A stretch of 29,648 nucleotides of DNA, from positions 1 to 29,648 of the forward strand of contig JBNPEG010000169.1 in NCBI GenBank assembly GCA_051117555.1. The letters are read 5' to 3'. Positions 8,151-19,664 of the stretch are shown piece by piece. The notes beneath the pieces are model-generated. The model worked only from the letters and a program-made list of their open reading frames with translations. It had not been told where the DNA came from and ran no database searches. The position numbers and the translations under genes were made by a program. Position 1 is the first letter of the stretch. Each line of letters begins with the position of its first letter. The stretch comes from Elainellaceae cyanobacterium. GTDB taxonomy: Bacteria > Cyanobacteriota > Cyanobacteriia > CAZCXK01.

Positions 8151-9821
8151 ATGACACAAGCAGAAATGCAATCTCCCACCCAGCCTTCTCAGATGGAAGA
8201 TCATGTCCAGCACGAGGAGCGCAAGTGGTGGCACTACTTTACTTTCAATACTGACCACAAGGTCATTGGCATTCAGTATTTGGTGACGTCCTTCATTTTC
8301 TATTTCATCGGAGGTGCCCTCGCCACTGCAATGCGCACGGAGTTAGCAACCCCAGAATCTGACTTCGTGACGCCAGAGTTTTATAACAACTTGCTGACCA
8401 TGCACGGCACGATCATGATCTTTTTGTGGATCATTCCTGCCGGAGCAGGACTTGCTAACTATCTAATCCCGCTCATGGTGGGAGCCCGAGACATGGCATT
8501 TCCCAAAATGAATGCTCTCGCCTTTTGGCTCATTATTCCAGCAGGGTTAACGCTGGTCGGTAGCTTTTTTCTGGAAGCTCCTCAGGCGGGTTGGACATCC
8601 TACCCGCCCTTGAGCCTTGTTACCGGAAAGGTCGGGGAAGGCATCTGGATTTTTAGCCTATTGACTTTAGGCACGTCATCGATTTTGGGGGCTATTAACT
8701 TTGTGGTCACCATTTTGAGAATGCGGGTGCCCAGTATGAGCCTAAATGACATGCCTCTGTTTTGCTGGTCGATGCTAGCAGCTGCGGGGCTCATTCTTAT
8801 CGGCACACCTGTTTTGGCAGGGGCTTTGATTTTACTTGCCTTTGATTTGTTAGCCGGAACCGCCTTTTTTAACCCCAGCGGAGGCGGTGACCCAATTGTG
8901 TATCAACACATGTTCTGGTTTTACTCGCATCCCGCTGTTTACATCATGGTGTTGCCTCTTTTTGGGGCAATTTCAGATATTCTGCCTGTTCATGCTCGGA
9001 AACCGATTTTTGGCTATCGGGCGATCGCCTATTCGAGTCTGGCGATCAGTTTCTTAGGATTGATCGTGTGGGCGCACCATATGTTCACGAGCGGAACTCC
9101 CGCCTGGTTGCGGATGTTTTTTATGATCACCACCATGATCATTGCCGTTCCAACGGGGATCAAAGTGTTTGGCTGGCTCGCCACCATTTGGGGAGGCAAG
9201 CTTCGCCTCAACAGCGCAATGCTTTTCGCAATGGGTTTTATTGCTGTCTTCGTAATCGGCGGGATCAGTGGCGTCATGGTGGCGTCTGTGCCGTTTGATA
9301 TTCATGTCCACGATACCTATTTCATCGTTGCCCATCTCCACTACGTTCTTTTTGGAGGCAGCGTATTTGGTATTTACGCTGCGATTTATCACTGGTTTCC
9401 TAAGATGACCGGGCGCATGATGAATGAAACCTGGGGGCAGATTCACTTTGTGCTGACATTTATCGGCATGAATCTCACATTCATGCCAATGCACGAGTTG
9501 GGACTTTTGGGCATGAACCGCAGAATTGCACTTTATGATCCTAAGTTTGCTGATCTCAACATGCTGTGTACGGTCGGATCTTATATTTTGGCGGTGTCAA
9601 CTCTTCCATTTTTAGTGAATGCGGTATGGAGTTGGATCAAAGGAGCTAAAGCGGAGAGAAATCCTTGGCAAGCATTAACTTTAGAGTGGCAAACATCCTC
9701 TCCTCCCGAGATTGAAAACTTTGAAACTCTACCCGTTCTGTTGTCAGGTCCTTATGACTACGGGCTTGTTAATTATTCTCAAGACGTAGCCCCTCCTGAA
9801 ACCGTATTGACCGAAGGATAG
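8151..9821 (+). CDS. coxA: Cytochrome c oxidase subunit I
   Basis: DHKVIG, MHGT, GWTSYPPLS, FWFYSHPAVY, WAHHMF and HDTYFIVAHLHYV motifs. Confidence 0.98.
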   Translation: MTQAEMQSPTQPSQMEDHVQHEERKWWHYFTFNTDHKVIGIQYLVTSFIFYFIGGALATAMRTELATPESDFVTPEFYNNLLTMHGTIMIFLWIIPAGAGLANYLIPLMVGARDMAFPKMNALAFWLIIPAGLTLVGSFFLEAPQAGWTSYPPLSLVTGKVGEGIWIFSLLTLGTSSILGAINFVVTILRMRVPSMSLNDMPLFCWSMLAAAGLILIGTPVLAGALILLAFDLLAGTAFFNPSGGGDPIVYQHMFWFYSHPAVYIMVLPLFGAISDILPVHARKPIFGYRAIAYSSLAISFLGLIVWAHHMFTSGTPAWLRMFFMITTMIIAVPTGIKVFGWLATIWGGKLRLNSAMLFAMGFIAVFVIGGISGVMVASVPFDIHVHDTYFIVAHLHYVLFGGSVFGIYAAIYHWFPKMTGRMMNETWGQIHFVLTFIGMNLTFMPMHELGLLGMNRRIALYDPKFADLNMLCTVGSYILAVSTLPFLVNAVWSWIKGAKAERNPWQALTLEWQTSSPPEIENFETLPVLLSGPYDYGLVNYSQDVAPPETVLTEG

Positions 9822-9826
9822 CTGGG

Positions 9827-9882
9827 TGAGGGCTTTGCGCTGAGGGCATGGCATTCCATATCCTCAGCACAGACATCCCTCA
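9827..9882 (+). other. Intergenic stem-loop between coxA and coxC
   Basis: GCTGAGG (9839-9845) / CCTCAGC (9862-9868), enclosed by an outer TGAGGG / CCCTCA pair. Confidence 0.45.
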
Positions 9883-9934
9883 TGCTTGAAATATTTAAGT
9901 CGCTAGTCGTTCATTGGTAGACATTAGAAAATTC

Positions 9935-10555
9935 ATGCAAAGTTCAGCGATCGATTCTGCTAAAACCGAACTCAGCAGCAACCATACCGTTGCGGCTCAT
10001 CACGAAGAACATCCCGATCACCGTTTGTTTGGGCTCGCTATTTTTCTTGGTGCAGAGAGCATGATCTTTGCAGGGCTGTTTTTGGCATACTTAACGTTTC
10101 GTCTAGTTGCCCCAATTTGGCCCCCCGAGGGCACTCCCGAACGAGAATTGCTAATTCCAGGTGTCAATACGCTGATCCTGATTGCAAGCAGCTTTGTCAT
10201 GCACGAAGGTAATAAGGCAATCAAGCAGAGTAGTGATTCGAAGAGCTTACGCATTTGGTTCGGTGCAACTGCCTTGTTGGGCGCAGTCTTTCTAGCGGGT
10301 CAAGTCTTTGAGTACAGCAATTTGGAATTTGGCTTAAAAACCAACCTGTATGCCAGTACATTTTATGTCCTCACTGGGTTTCACGGTCTTCATGTGTTCC
10401 TGGGGTTATGCCTAATCTTAGCTGTGCTGTGGCGATCGCGCGTTAAAGATCATTACTCTAGTGAAAACCATTTCGGCGTTGAAGCCGCGGAACTTTATTG
10501 GCATTTTGTAGATGCTGTTTGGATTGTGTTATTCATCTTGTTGTATCTGCTTTAA
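9935..10555 (+). CDS. coxC: Cytochrome c oxidase subunit III
   Basis: NTLILIASS, FYVLTGFHGLHV and YWHFVD motifs. Start set at ATG 9935 (the track gives TTG 9914). Confidence 0.96.
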   Translation: MQSSAIDSAKTELSSNHTVAAHHEEHPDHRLFGLAIFLGAESMIFAGLFLAYLTFRLVAPIWPPEGTPERELLIPGVNTLILIASSFVMHEGNKAIKQSSDSKSLRIWFGATALLGAVFLAGQVFEYSNLEFGLKTNLYASTFYVLTGFHGLHVFLGLCLILAVLWRSRVKDHYSSENHFGVEAAELYWHFVDAVWIVLFILLYLL

Positions 10556-10665
10556 CCGACAGTCGCCGTATTCGGGGGCCGTCGGTCAGTGACTAATCAT
10601 TCTTTAAATTTTCATTCTCCAACCTCGTGAATAGAGAATTGATATCACATTGGAATTTTTAGAAC

Positions 10666-10695
10666 AGTGAAGGGGGCTCTAACCCCCCCCTTACT
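10666..10695. terminator. Probable terminator hairpin between convergent coxC and the DUF5340 gene
   Basis: AGTGAAGGGGG...CCCCCCTTACT stem between converging 3' ends; U-tract weak. Confidence 0.45.
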
Positions 10696-10732
10696 CTAAG
10701 ATTTTGAATTCCTAATGCTCTATGACCCCGAT

Positions 10733-10996
10733 CTATGGACTCAGAGAGTCAGATGTAAATTGATTTTCTGAGTCCGGCGAGTGCATGGACCAACGATATT
10801 CGATGGGCAAATTTGCTCGTTCACAGCTTTCCTCTAATTGTTTTTGTAACGTTAAGGCTTTGCGAAGAGTCACAATCAGCTGATGAACTTGATTTTGTTG
10901 TGAAGATCGCTGCCCCACAGCAAACATGGTTTGACGTTCTAAAAGCTGTAACAGTAACTCGTAATGGATATGGGAAGGAAGTGGAATCGGCTCCAT
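10733..10996 (-). CDS. Conserved cyanobacterial protein (DUF5340-like)
   Basis: MEPIPLPSHIHYELLLQLLERQT...LRKAL..QKQLE...IEYRWS pattern, downstream of trpC. Confidence 0.75.
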   Translation of the reverse strand: MEPIPLPSHIHYELLLQLLERQTMFAVGQRSSQQNQVHQLIVTLRKALTLQKQLEESCERANLPIEYRWSMHSPDSENQFTSDSLSP

Positions 10997-11083
10997 GTGC
11001 AGTATGAGCAATCCTTATAAAAAATTAGAACACCCGTCAAGTCTAATACTAACCCTCAATTCTCAGAGGAGCATTAAACTAAC

Positions 11084-11968
11084 CTATTGGGAGAATAAAT
11101 GAGCGATCGCTTGACCGGGATCAGATTGCCTCATCAGCAACTCCCCAATGAGAACTGCCCGAGCTCCCGCTTGATAGACGCGGCCCAAATCATCTGGAGT
11201 GTGCAACCCCGATTCGCTCACGACTAGAATATTTCGTTTCTCTAGTGTCTGCTGTCTCGCATTTAAAAGCTCACACGTAGTTTGAAGATCAACAGTAAAG
11301 TTTTGTAAGTTGCGATTGTTGAGGCCAATTAGGTGAACATCCTCGAGTGCCAATACTCGGTCGAGTTCCGCTAACGTGTGGACTTCAATCAAGGCTGCAA
11401 TTCCCAGTCTTTGGGCAATTTTGGTGAAATACCGTAAATCTTTATCTGACAAAATGGCTGCAATTAGCAGCACTGCATCCGCTCCGTTCGCTCGTGCTAG
11501 ATACATCTGATACGGGTAAATCAAGAAATCTTTGCAGAGCAACGGCACGTCAACAGCTTGGCGGATATGACGCAAATAGTCAAAACTTCCTTGAAAGAAA
11601 TGACTGTCTGTCAAAACCGAGATGCATGATGCTCCGTTGTCTTGATAAGACTGGGCGATCGCAACTGGATCAAAGTCTTCTCGAATGATGCCTTTACTTG
11701 GAGATGCCTTCTTGACCTCGGCAATCAGCGCCGGTTGAGTCTTTCCCTGCCTCAAGGCTGTTATGAAGTCACGAGGAGGGGCGCTGTCTGCGACCTGCTT
11801 TTGCAGCTCTTGTAACGAAATTCGCGATCGCCATTGACCAACTTCTGATTCCTTATACCACACAATTTCTTCGAGAATGTTGCGCGGAGCCGCATCGGGT
11901 AAACGAACTTGATACCGAAGGCTTTTGACATTGACAGCAGGACTTGGAGGTCGGCGTCGAATTTGCAT
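11084..11968 (-). CDS. trpC: Indole-3-glycerol phosphate synthase
   Basis: [35 protein letters not shown] and SESG motifs. Confidence 0.97.
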   Translation of the reverse strand: MQIRRRPPSPAVNVKSLRYQVRLPDAAPRNILEEIVWYKESEVGQWRSRISLQELQKQVADSAPPRDFITALRQGKTQPALIAEVKKASPSKGIIREDFDPVAIAQSYQDNGASCISVLTDSHFFQGSFDYLRHIRQAVDVPLLCKDFLIYPYQMYLARANGADAVLLIAAILSDKDLRYFTKIAQRLGIAALIEVHTLAELDRVLALEDVHLIGLNNRNLQNFTVDLQTTCELLNARQQTLEKRNILVVSESGLHTPDDLGRVYQAGARAVLIGELLMRQSDPGQAIAHLFSQ

Positions 11969-12003
11969 GAGGCTAAGGAAAGATAGTGAAATCTACAGCG
12001 CTA

Positions 12004-13437
12004 TTAGGATACAGTCAATGCTCTCTTATAGGCATCATCTAAGACTTCAGATAATGTAGGATGCGTATGCACCACAAAGGCGAGGTCATGAACCGAGCGG
12101 CGCTGGGCGATCGCACCCGCAACTTCCTGAATTAAGTCTGACGCATGAAACCCGATAATATGGGCACCCAGCACCTCACCCGTATCTTTACGGTAAATGA
12201 TTTTAGCTAATCCGTCCGTTTCTCCTTCAGCGATCGCCTTCGAATTGCCCTTAAAATATGAGCGGACGGTTGCCACCTCAAAGCCTTCTGCCGCTGCAAA
12301 TTCTTTTGCCGCTGGTTCGGTCATACCAACAAAGCTGATTTCAGGGTGGGTGAATGCTGCGGCAGGAATGCTGCGATAGTCGACCTGGCGAGTGCGCCCA
12401 CTAATATTCTCAACGGCAACGATTCCTTGAGCAGATGCTGCATGAGCTAACATCATTTTGCCGGTCGCGTCACCAATTGCCCAAAGATGGGGAAGGGGCT
12501 GTCCGTCACTGAGAACGGCCATGTGGTCATCGACTGGGATAAACCCGCGGCGATCGGTTTCAACCCCTACCGATTCGAGTCCGATATCCTTTGTCACCGG
12601 AACACGGCCAGTAGCGACCAAGCAGGCATCTACCTCTAAAACTTCAACGATTTCCTTGGTGTTGGCATCTGCTAGTTCGATGACAACGGGCGAACCTGGA
12701 ACGACACGCTTAGCTAGCAATCCCGAACGCGTCTCCATGTCTCGCGGTGCAATCAGCAGCCGTTGCGCAATCTTGGCAATGTCTGGATCAAACCCAGGCA
12801 TGAGTTGATCGAGAGCCTCAATGAGAGTGATTTCACAGCCCAAGGCCGTGTAGATATCAGAAAATTCTAAGCCGATATAGCCGCTACCAATAATGGCAAT
12901 CCACTGAGGGAGCCATTCTAGCTTGAGCCCGTCATCACTCGTAAACACGGTTTTGCCGTCGAGCTCAATACCAGGAGGAACGAAAGGCACTGATCCCGGA
13001 GCGAGAATAATGTCTTTGGCTGTGATGATCGTTTCGCCTTCGTTAGTTGCGATCGCCACTTTTTGAGACCCTGCGAGTTTGCCCCATCCCCGAATGACAT
13101 CAACCTTGAGACGAGTCAGACTGTTAGTTAAGTCGCCTCGAATCTTATCGACCAGATTAATGGCATGGTTGGCGATCGCTTGGCGATCGAACATTACCTG
13201 CTCAACTTGAACACCCAGCGCCTTTAGATGATGAGTATCGTGCAATTCCCGAACGCGTCCTGAAGCGGCCAAAAGCGCCTTCGAGGGAATACATCCTCGA
13301 TTGACGCAGGTTCCACCCATGTCGCCCGACTCGATGATAGCGGTTTTGAGACCACAACTGACCGCATGGAGAGCAGCACCATGCCCTCCTACTCCAGCGC
13401 CAATGATAACCAGATCGTAATCAAATCCTTCGCTCAC
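12004..13437 (-). CDS. lpdA: Dihydrolipoamide dehydrogenase (E3)
   Basis: GAGVGG FAD motif, [16 protein letters not shown] redox disulfide, [16 protein letters not shown]. Start placed at GTG 13437 (the track gives 13476). Confidence 0.96.
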   Translation of the reverse strand: MSEGFDYDLVIIGAGVGGHGAALHAVSCGLKTAIIESGDMGGTCVNRGCIPSKALLAASGRVRELHDTHHLKALGVQVEQVMFDRQAIANHAINLVDKIRGDLTNSLTRLKVDVIRGWGKLAGSQKVAIATNEGETIITAKDIILAPGSVPFVPPGIELDGKTVFTSDDGLKLEWLPQWIAIIGSGYIGLEFSDIYTALGCEITLIEALDQLMPGFDPDIAKIAQRLLIAPRDMETRSGLLAKRVVPGSPVVIELADANTKEIVEVLEVDACLVATGRVPVTKDIGLESVGVETDRRGFIPVDDHMAVLSDGQPLPHLWAIGDATGKMMLAHAASAQGIVAVENISGRTRQVDYRSIPAAAFTHPEISFVGMTEPAAKEFAAAEGFEVATVRSYFKGNSKAIAEGETDGLAKIIYRKDTGEVLGAHIIGFHASDLIQEVAGAIAQRRSVHDLAFVVHTHPTLSEVLDDAYKRALTVS

Positions 13438-13700
13438 GTCACTTGTCCTGTATGTATTGCCCTGTTCAATTCTCAACGGGAGTCGGTATGTTCGACAACT
13501 CCCTTAATCGACTATAGAAAAAATTTATGTTGTATTGTCAATGCATTGCGTAAGCCTCATGGGTCAGCTTGTTTCTAAACTACGTTCAGTACTTTCGTAG
13601 AGAATTGTGCATCGCCGTAGGTCAAACTGGGCATGTTAGATTTAGATTTCACAATCACTTATCATCTTGTCTCCCTATTCTCGCATTTCGGGAGTCTACT

Positions 13701-13985
13701 ATGAACCACCCACACCAAACGTTTCGTCATTGGGCCACTCAACAATTCATCGAAGCCCTCGATCAGCTTGAACAACACCTTTCAGTGTCTCAGCAAGAGG
13801 CGTCAGAGGGAATGCATTTATCCGGCAACCAGCCCCTTGACAGTAATCGTGAGGCATTGAGCCCAGACACTCACTCGCTCGACCCTGATTTTAAAGTGGA
13901 TTCTCTCGAAGACGCTGTTGCTGATATTGAGCGATATATTCAGGCTCAAGATTGCAAGATTGATACGCTTAACATCGATTATTGA
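13701..13985 (+). CDS. Small hypothetical protein
   Basis: ATG 13701 with GGGAG upstream; two helical segments (FIEALDQLEQHL, LEDAVADIERYI). Its 3' end overlaps the convergent methylase gene by 7 bp. Confidence 0.6.
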   Translation: MNHPHQTFRHWATQQFIEALDQLEQHLSVSQQEASEGMHLSGNQPLDSNREALSPDTHSLDPDFKVDSLEDAVADIERYIQAQDCKIDTLNIDY

Positions 13986-14761
13986 GGGCGGCGTTGGCGA
14001 AGCATTTCGTAAAGCATCAGGGCTGTGGCGATCGCTACATTGATTGACTCTACGCCAGCAGCAGATGGAATTCTGGCTCTAATATCTGCCATATTCCCGA
14101 GTTCGACTGACAATCCTGCCCCCTCATTGCCCATCAAAAGTAAAGAAGGTTTTTGAAAGTCAATGTCCCAATACGATTGAGATGCTTCTGGCAATGTTGC
14201 AATAATTTGCACCCCTTCAGCCTTACACGACTGAACATCGGAGCGCAAGTCACTGGAAACTTGCATCGGCACTCGAAACCACTGACCGGCAGAGGATCGC
14301 AACACTTTGGGATGATCGGGATCGACACTATCTGCGCTGATCCATAATCCGTCAACTGCTGCTGCTGCAGCTGTGCGAATAATGGTCCCTAAATTTCCAG
14401 GGTCTTGCACCGTTTCCACAGCGATGCCTGCGCGAATTCGATGAGTGAGGGGCAGATTAGACGACCGCGCTGCCACGGCAACGACTCCACCGGGGTTTAC
14501 CGTCGTTGCTATTGCCTTTAAAACGTCTTCGCTGACCAGTTCAGCCCGTTCTACCCGTGATGAAATCTGTGTCCACAAATCAGCATGGGCATCTTGCCAT
14601 TTCAGTGTGCAGCACACCGATAAAATTGGCCATTGAACTGCGACCGCCTCTTCCAATAAATGAGTGCCTTCGATTAGAAAAATTTGCTGGTTGTGGCGAT
14701 CGCGCGTCCGGTGAAGCTTACGCAACTGTTTAACGAACGGATTCTGCAAACTAGTCAGCAT
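13979..14761 (-). CDS. TrmH/SpoU family RNA methyltransferase
   Basis: MLTSLQNP N-terminus, QDPGNLGTIIRTA, GNEGAGL and VESINVAIA SPOUT motifs. Confidence 0.93.
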   Translation of the reverse strand: MLTSLQNPFVKQLRKLHRTRDRHNQQIFLIEGTHLLEEAVAVQWPILSVCCTLKWQDAHADLWTQISSRVERAELVSEDVLKAIATTVNPGGVVAVAARSSNLPLTHRIRAGIAVETVQDPGNLGTIIRTAAAAAVDGLWISADSVDPDHPKVLRSSAGQWFRVPMQVSSDLRSDVQSCKAEGVQIIATLPEASQSYWDIDFQKPSLLLMGNEGAGLSVELGNMADIRARIPSAAGVESINVAIATALMLYEMLRQRRPQ

Positions 14762-15036
14762 GCCTGAATTCACCGAATTGGAGCATTGCATTAATCATTT
14801 AGAACCAAAAATTCTTATGAGCCTGAAGGCAGAGATGAATTAATCTATTGGCGTAGAGCTGGCACAGCCTGACTACCCTACAAACCTGATTACCGCTTTA
14901 ATTAAACTTTAATTACAAAAAACAGCGGATCAATAAGTAAAACTGATTCAAAATCAAGACGTTACTCTGAAATTTGCACTCGGACTTCATTAAGACTATT
15001 AATGGTAGAGTCATAATTCACGAGATTTGTAGCAAA

Positions 15037-15121
15037 TGCGGAACCCGGGACTTGAACCCGGAAGTCTTTAACAGACACTAGAACCTGAATCTAGCGCGTC
15101 TACCAATTCCGCCAGTTCCGC
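15037..15121 (-). tRNA. trnL: tRNA-Leu (anticodon CAG), CCA not encoded
   Basis: GCGGAACTGGCGGAATTGGTAGACGCGCTAGATTCAGGTTCTAG...GGTTCAAGTCCCGGGTTCCGCA: acceptor stem, CTAGA/TCTAG anticodon stem with TT-CAG-GT loop, long variable arm. Confidence 0.97.
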
Positions 15122-15343
15122 AAGGCTTGTTATTCGATGCTGCAACTTCCCATAATGACGTAGTATTCTGCGTCAGTCAACTCGATGGGGCTGCCCTACT
15201 TTAAAGATATTTGAGAATCATAGACATAATTACACTCTATCAACAGTCAGCCAAGATTCTAGACATGTTGCTGCTTTCCGGTAAAATCTAACCAAATTTA
15301 ATCATCGTCTAATCAACATTTATTCGTTCTGGAGGATAGACCT

Positions 15344-16729
15344 ATTAATCCCTCTCTTTATTCATCAAGCTCCTACCCTCTGCCTGAAGAAGGTCATTCC
15401 ACACTTCAAATCTGGGGTGGAGCTCGCCTGCATGGTCACGTCAAAATCAGTGGAGCCAAAAACTCAGCATTGGCAATTATGGCAGGAACTCTTCTATGTC
15501 CTCAAGACTGCCGGATTCGCAACGTTCCATCCTTGGTTGACGTGAATCGGATGGGGGAGATTTTGTCATCCCTGGGGGTAACGCTTCAGCGCCACGGCGA
15601 TACGTTAGAGATTAACGCTCGTCATATCGGTCAGTCTAAAGCTCCGTATGAGCTCGTGAGTAAACTAAGAGCTAGCTTCTTTGTCATTGGCCCGTTACTT
15701 GCCAGGTTGGGGATTGCACGGGTTCCACTACCCGGTGGATGCGCGATCGGGGCAAGACCTGTTGACCTTCATGTGCGAGGTCTTCAAGCAATGGGTGCCG
15801 ACGTTCAAATTGATCATGGGACTGTTCATGCCTATATCAAAGGCGGGCGCAAGCGTCTTCGAGGAGCACGAATTTATTTGGACTATCCAAGTGTGGGTGC
15901 CACAGAAACGCTGATGATGGCCGCAACCTTGGCAGAGGGAGAAACAATCCTCGAAAATTCGGCCCAAGAGCCAGAAGTCATGGATTTGGCAAATTTCTGT
16001 CGAGCGATGGGTGCAAAGATTCGTGGCGCAGGAACGAAGACTATCATCATTTCAGGTGTTCCAAATTTGCATTCGACTGACTACATGGTGATTCCGGATC
16101 GTATCGAAGCCGGCACGTTTTTGGTAGCAGGGGCAATTACCCGTTCCGAAATATTGCTTTCGCCAGTCGTTCCAGATCATTTAACGGCAGTTATGTCAAA
16201 ACTTCGGGCAATTGGAGTAGAAGTTAAGATAGAGGCTCCAAACCGACTGCGCATCCTCCCCGCTGAGCGCTTGATAGCAACCGATATAAAAACTCTTCCA
16301 TTCCCAGGGTTTCCGACTGATATGCAAGCTCAATTTATGGCGCTTCTGACGCTCAGTCAGGGTAATAGTATCATCACTGAGACCGTGTTTGAAAACAGAC
16401 TTCAACACGTTGCAGAACTCAATCGGATGGGAGCAAACATTCGTGTAAAAGGGAATAACGCAATCGTACGAGGTGTTCCTCTTCTGTCAGGTGCACCCGT
16501 TGTAGCAACAGACTTGCGCGCATCTGCTGCGTTAGTATTGGCCGGTTTAGCTGCAGAGGGAATGACCTCTATTCAAGGACTGCATCATTTAGACCGGGGA
16601 TATGAGAATATTGCTGGAAAACTTAAGGTCATGGGTGCGAAACTAAATCGAATCAGTGCTCCTGCGGGCGATGATGATGTACCAGCATCCCTTAGTGATG
16701 ATCCGGCTACGTCATCTGTTGGAACATAG
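15344..16729 (+). CDS. murA: UDP-N-acetylglucosamine 1-carboxyvinyltransferase; probable ATT start
   Basis: [19 protein letters not shown] (catalytic Cys), [16 protein letters not shown] and TDLRA motifs. The conserved N-terminus ([22 protein letters not shown]) lies in frame upstream of the track's TTG 15470. GGAGGA at 15331-15336 precedes ATT 15344. Confidence 0.95.
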   Translation: MNPSLYSSSSYPLPEEGHSTLQIWGGARLHGHVKISGAKNSALAIMAGTLLCPQDCRIRNVPSLVDVNRMGEILSSLGVTLQRHGDTLEINARHIGQSKAPYELVSKLRASFFVIGPLLARLGIARVPLPGGCAIGARPVDLHVRGLQAMGADVQIDHGTVHAYIKGGRKRLRGARIYLDYPSVGATETLMMAATLAEGETILENSAQEPEVMDLANFCRAMGAKIRGAGTKTIIISGVPNLHSTDYMVIPDRIEAGTFLVAGAITRSEILLSPVVPDHLTAVMSKLRAIGVEVKIEAPNRLRILPAERLIATDIKTLPFPGFPTDMQAQFMALLTLSQGNSIITETVFENRLQHVAELNRMGANIRVKGNNAIVRGVPLLSGAPVVATDLRASAALVLAGLAAEGMTSIQGLHHLDRGYENIAGKLKVMGAKLNRISAPAGDDDVPASLSDDPATSSVGT

Positions 16730-16851
16730 GGATGGTTTTCAGAGAGCCTCTAATAAAAGTAACAGCAGAAATCTGCCTATTTCTTACTTAAGACCGCATA
16801 TCTCTGATGGAGATGATAGAACAAATATGCCTTTCATGATTCTGAAAAGTG

Positions 16852-16876
16852 GTGTAGGCTGCGCCGTGGCCTACAC
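16852..16876. repeat. GTAG-type short palindrome (REP-like hairpin)
   Basis: GTGTAGGC (16852-16859) / GCCTACAC (16869-16876) between convergent murA and clpC. Confidence 0.4.
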
Positions 16877-16905
16877 ACCGTGCTTAGCCTAAGCGCATGC
16901 AACAT

Positions 16906-16936
16906 AAAAGGGTGAAAACTATGAGTTTCCACCCTT
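16906..16936 (-). terminator. Rho-independent terminator of clpC
   Basis: AAGGGTGAAAACT / AGTTTCCACCCTT stem with a U-run on the minus strand, about 45 bp after the clpC stop. Confidence 0.7.
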
Positions 16937-16979
16937 CGATTTAGTTATGTCTTAATGCTGAGTCGACGAAATGACAACG

Positions 16980-19454
16980 CTATTCTGCAGCTTGAGGTAA
17001 TAGCTCTCGCTGTTCCCCTCGCATCACCTGAACCTTGCCATCTTCATCAACATCGACAATTGCAGTATCGCCGTCTTTGATTCGCCCTGACAAAATTTCT
17101 TCAGCCAGAGAATCTTCGAGCAATCTCATAATGGCTCGGCGAAGCGGACGAGCTCCGTAGCTGGGGTTAAATCCTTCTTCGACAAGCCTATCCTTAAATC
17201 TCTCTGTGACCTCGAGAGTAATGCCTTGCTCGGTTAAGCGACCAAAGACCTCTCGCAAGAGAATGTCTGAGATTTCTTTGACCTCGTCTTTGGTTAGTTG
17301 ACGGAAGACAATGATCTCGTCAAGACGATTGAGAAACTCTGGGCGGAAGTACTGCTTGAGCTCTTCGTTGACTAAAGAGCGAATACGGGTGTATTGTGCA
17401 TCAGCCTGACTTTCAGAGGAGAACTCGAAGCCTAAGCCGCTACCGCCTTTCTCAATTACCTTAGAACCGATATTGGAGGTCATAATCAGTAGAGTATTCT
17501 TAAAGTCTACAGTTCGACCTTTCGCATCCGTCAAACGACCATCTTCCAGAATCTGCAAGAGCATATTGAAGACGTCAGGATGGGCTTTTTCAATCTCATC
17601 GAAGAGAACGACCGTATAAGGACGGCGACGAACTGCTTCGGTGAGTTGTCCTCCTTCGTTGTAACCCACATATCCGGGAGGAGACCCAATCAGTTTAGAA
17701 ACTGTGTGGCGCTCCATATATTCGGACATATCAAGGCGAATCATGGCGTCTTCAGACCCGAAGAAGTAGGCTGCTAAAGACTTAGCTAGTTCGGTCTTAC
17801 CAACACCCGTTGGACCGGAGAAGACAAAGCTTGCAATTGGACGATTAGGGCTCTTAAGCCCTACCCGAGCTCGACGAATAGCTCGTGAAATCGCTTTGAC
17901 TGCTTCTTCCTGACCCACCAAACGCTGATGTAGAGTGTCTTCCATATGAAGTAACTTCTCAGATTCGGATTCCGTCAACTTGTTGACGGGAACGCCTGTC
18001 CAAGACGCAACAATATGAGCAATGTCCTCTTCATCGACGATGGGAGATGGGTCTTCGCCGTTGCTAGATTCAGATTTTTTGCTTTGAGCGATCGCCCGAA
18101 TTTCGGTCTTAATTTCCATCTCGCGATCGCGTAATTCACCCGCTCGATCGAAATCTTGAGCACGAACAGCATCATCTTTATCTTTTAAAACTTGCCGGAG
18201 TTCTCGATCAAGCTCCTTAGCAGCGGGGGGGAGTTGGGAATTGATCAAACGGACGCGAGAGCCTGCCTCATCAATCAAATCAATTGCTTTGTCAGGCAAA
18301 AACCGATCGGAAATATAGCGGTCAGAGAGCTTAGCGGCAGCCTCTAATGCCATATCCGAAATCTTTAACTTATGGTGCTGCTCATAGCGATCGCGCAATC
18401 CATGAAGGATTTCGATCGTTTCCTCGACGGATGGTTCGCCTACCATAACAGGCTGAAAACGACGTTCGAGAGCCGCATCCCGCTCGATATGTTTGCGATA
18501 TTCATCAAGAGTTGTTGCGCCAATACACTGGAGTTCGCCCCGCGCCAGAGCAGGCTTCAGAATATTAGCGGCATCAATTGCACCCTCAGCCGCACCTGCA
18601 CCAATCAGGGTGTGAACTTCGTCAATCACGAGGATAACGTTTCCAGCCTGACGAATTTCATCCATGATTTTTTTGAGGCGCTCTTCGAATTCACCCCGAT
18701 ATTTGGTACCTGCAACCAGTAAACCAATATCAAGTGTGACGACGCGTTTTTCCTCAAGAATGTCAGGAATATCGTTGTTAGAAATGCGTTGAGCTAGACC
18801 TTCTGCGATCGCAGTTTTACCGACTCCAGGTTCGCCAATCAGAACTGGGTTGTTCTTAGTACGACGCCCTAGAATTTGGATAACTCTCTCGATCTCTTTC
18901 TGACGACCCACGACGGGATCAAGTTTACCTTCACCCGCAAGCTGAGTCAGATTAGAACCGAACTCATCGAGAGTGGGAGTCTTAGTGCGTCCCTGGGATC
19001 CGCCTGCGGAGACTTCCGCCGTTTCACCCAGCATACGAATCACCTGGGTTCTGACCTTAGACAGGTCAACCCCCAAGTTCTCAAGAACTCGAGCCGCAAC
19101 TCCTTCCCCTTCTCTAATCAGCCCTAAAAGCAGGTGCTCAGTGCCGATATAGTTATGTCCGAGCTGACGTGCCTCTTCTAGAGAGAGTTCTAGGACACGC
19201 TTTGCCCTGGGGGTAAACGGAATCTCAACGGCGACAAAACCAGATCCGCGACCAATGATTTTTTCGACTTCAATCCGGGCATCTTTCAAATTGACGCCCA
19301 TAGATTTAAGCACCTTGGCGGCGACACCGGTTCCCTCTCCGATAAGACCCAGAAGGATTTGCTCCGTACCTACAAAGTTGTGTCCCAGGCGACGAGCCTC
19401 TTCCTGGGCCAACATGATCACCTTAATAGCTTTCTCTGTGAAGCGTTCAAACAT
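16980..19454 (-). CDS. clpC: ATP-dependent Clp protease ATP-binding subunit ClpC
   Basis: [26 protein letters not shown] start, two Clp-N repeats, two AAA+ modules ([16 protein letters not shown]), UVR segment and LGF ClpP-binding loop. Confidence 0.98.
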   Translation of the reverse strand: MFERFTEKAIKVIMLAQEEARRLGHNFVGTEQILLGLIGEGTGVAAKVLKSMGVNLKDARIEVEKIIGRGSGFVAVEIPFTPRAKRVLELSLEEARQLGHNYIGTEHLLLGLIREGEGVAARVLENLGVDLSKVRTQVIRMLGETAEVSAGGSQGRTKTPTLDEFGSNLTQLAGEGKLDPVVGRQKEIERVIQILGRRTKNNPVLIGEPGVGKTAIAEGLAQRISNNDIPDILEEKRVVTLDIGLLVAGTKYRGEFEERLKKIMDEIRQAGNVILVIDEVHTLIGAGAAEGAIDAANILKPALARGELQCIGATTLDEYRKHIERDAALERRFQPVMVGEPSVEETIEILHGLRDRYEQHHKLKISDMALEAAAKLSDRYISDRFLPDKAIDLIDEAGSRVRLINSQLPPAAKELDRELRQVLKDKDDAVRAQDFDRAGELRDREMEIKTEIRAIAQSKKSESSNGEDPSPIVDEEDIAHIVASWTGVPVNKLTESESEKLLHMEDTLHQRLVGQEEAVKAISRAIRRARVGLKSPNRPIASFVFSGPTGVGKTELAKSLAAYFFGSEDAMIRLDMSEYMERHTVSKLIGSPPGYVGYNEGGQLTEAVRRRPYTVVLFDEIEKAHPDVFNMLLQILEDGRLTDAKGRTVDFKNTLLIMTSNIGSKVIEKGGSGLGFEFSSESQADAQYTRIRSLVNEELKQYFRPEFLNRLDEIIVFRQLTKDEVKEISDILLREVFGRLTEQGITLEVTERFKDRLVEEGFNPSYGARPLRRAIMRLLEDSLAEEILSGRIKDGDTAIVDVDEDGKVQVMRGEQRELLPQAAE

Positions 19455-19664
19455 GGCGTTTTTCCATCACCTGCTGCGTGCCGGTATGCTGATTTTAGCA
19501 TAGGCAACTCTTGCAGGTGGTATCAATGGGACAACCTGCAGCTAAAGGAGATGGTTAAGGCATCACAGAGAAAAGCGCCTATTAATCCTTTCTTAAGCTA
19601 TTTAGTTGAGTAAAATGAGGAGCAAACTCGATTCCACGAGAAAATAATCTTCATGAAGTGACCC

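Noticed and set aside
14792..15121. Genomic island integrated at tRNA-Leu
   Set aside because: No integrase and no duplicated tRNA 3' end was seen; the flanks are core genes (trmH-like, murA).
15470..16729. murA starting at TTG 15470, or an N-terminally truncated pseudogene
   Set aside because: The conserved N-terminal residues are intact in frame upstream, with an SD and ATT at 15344.
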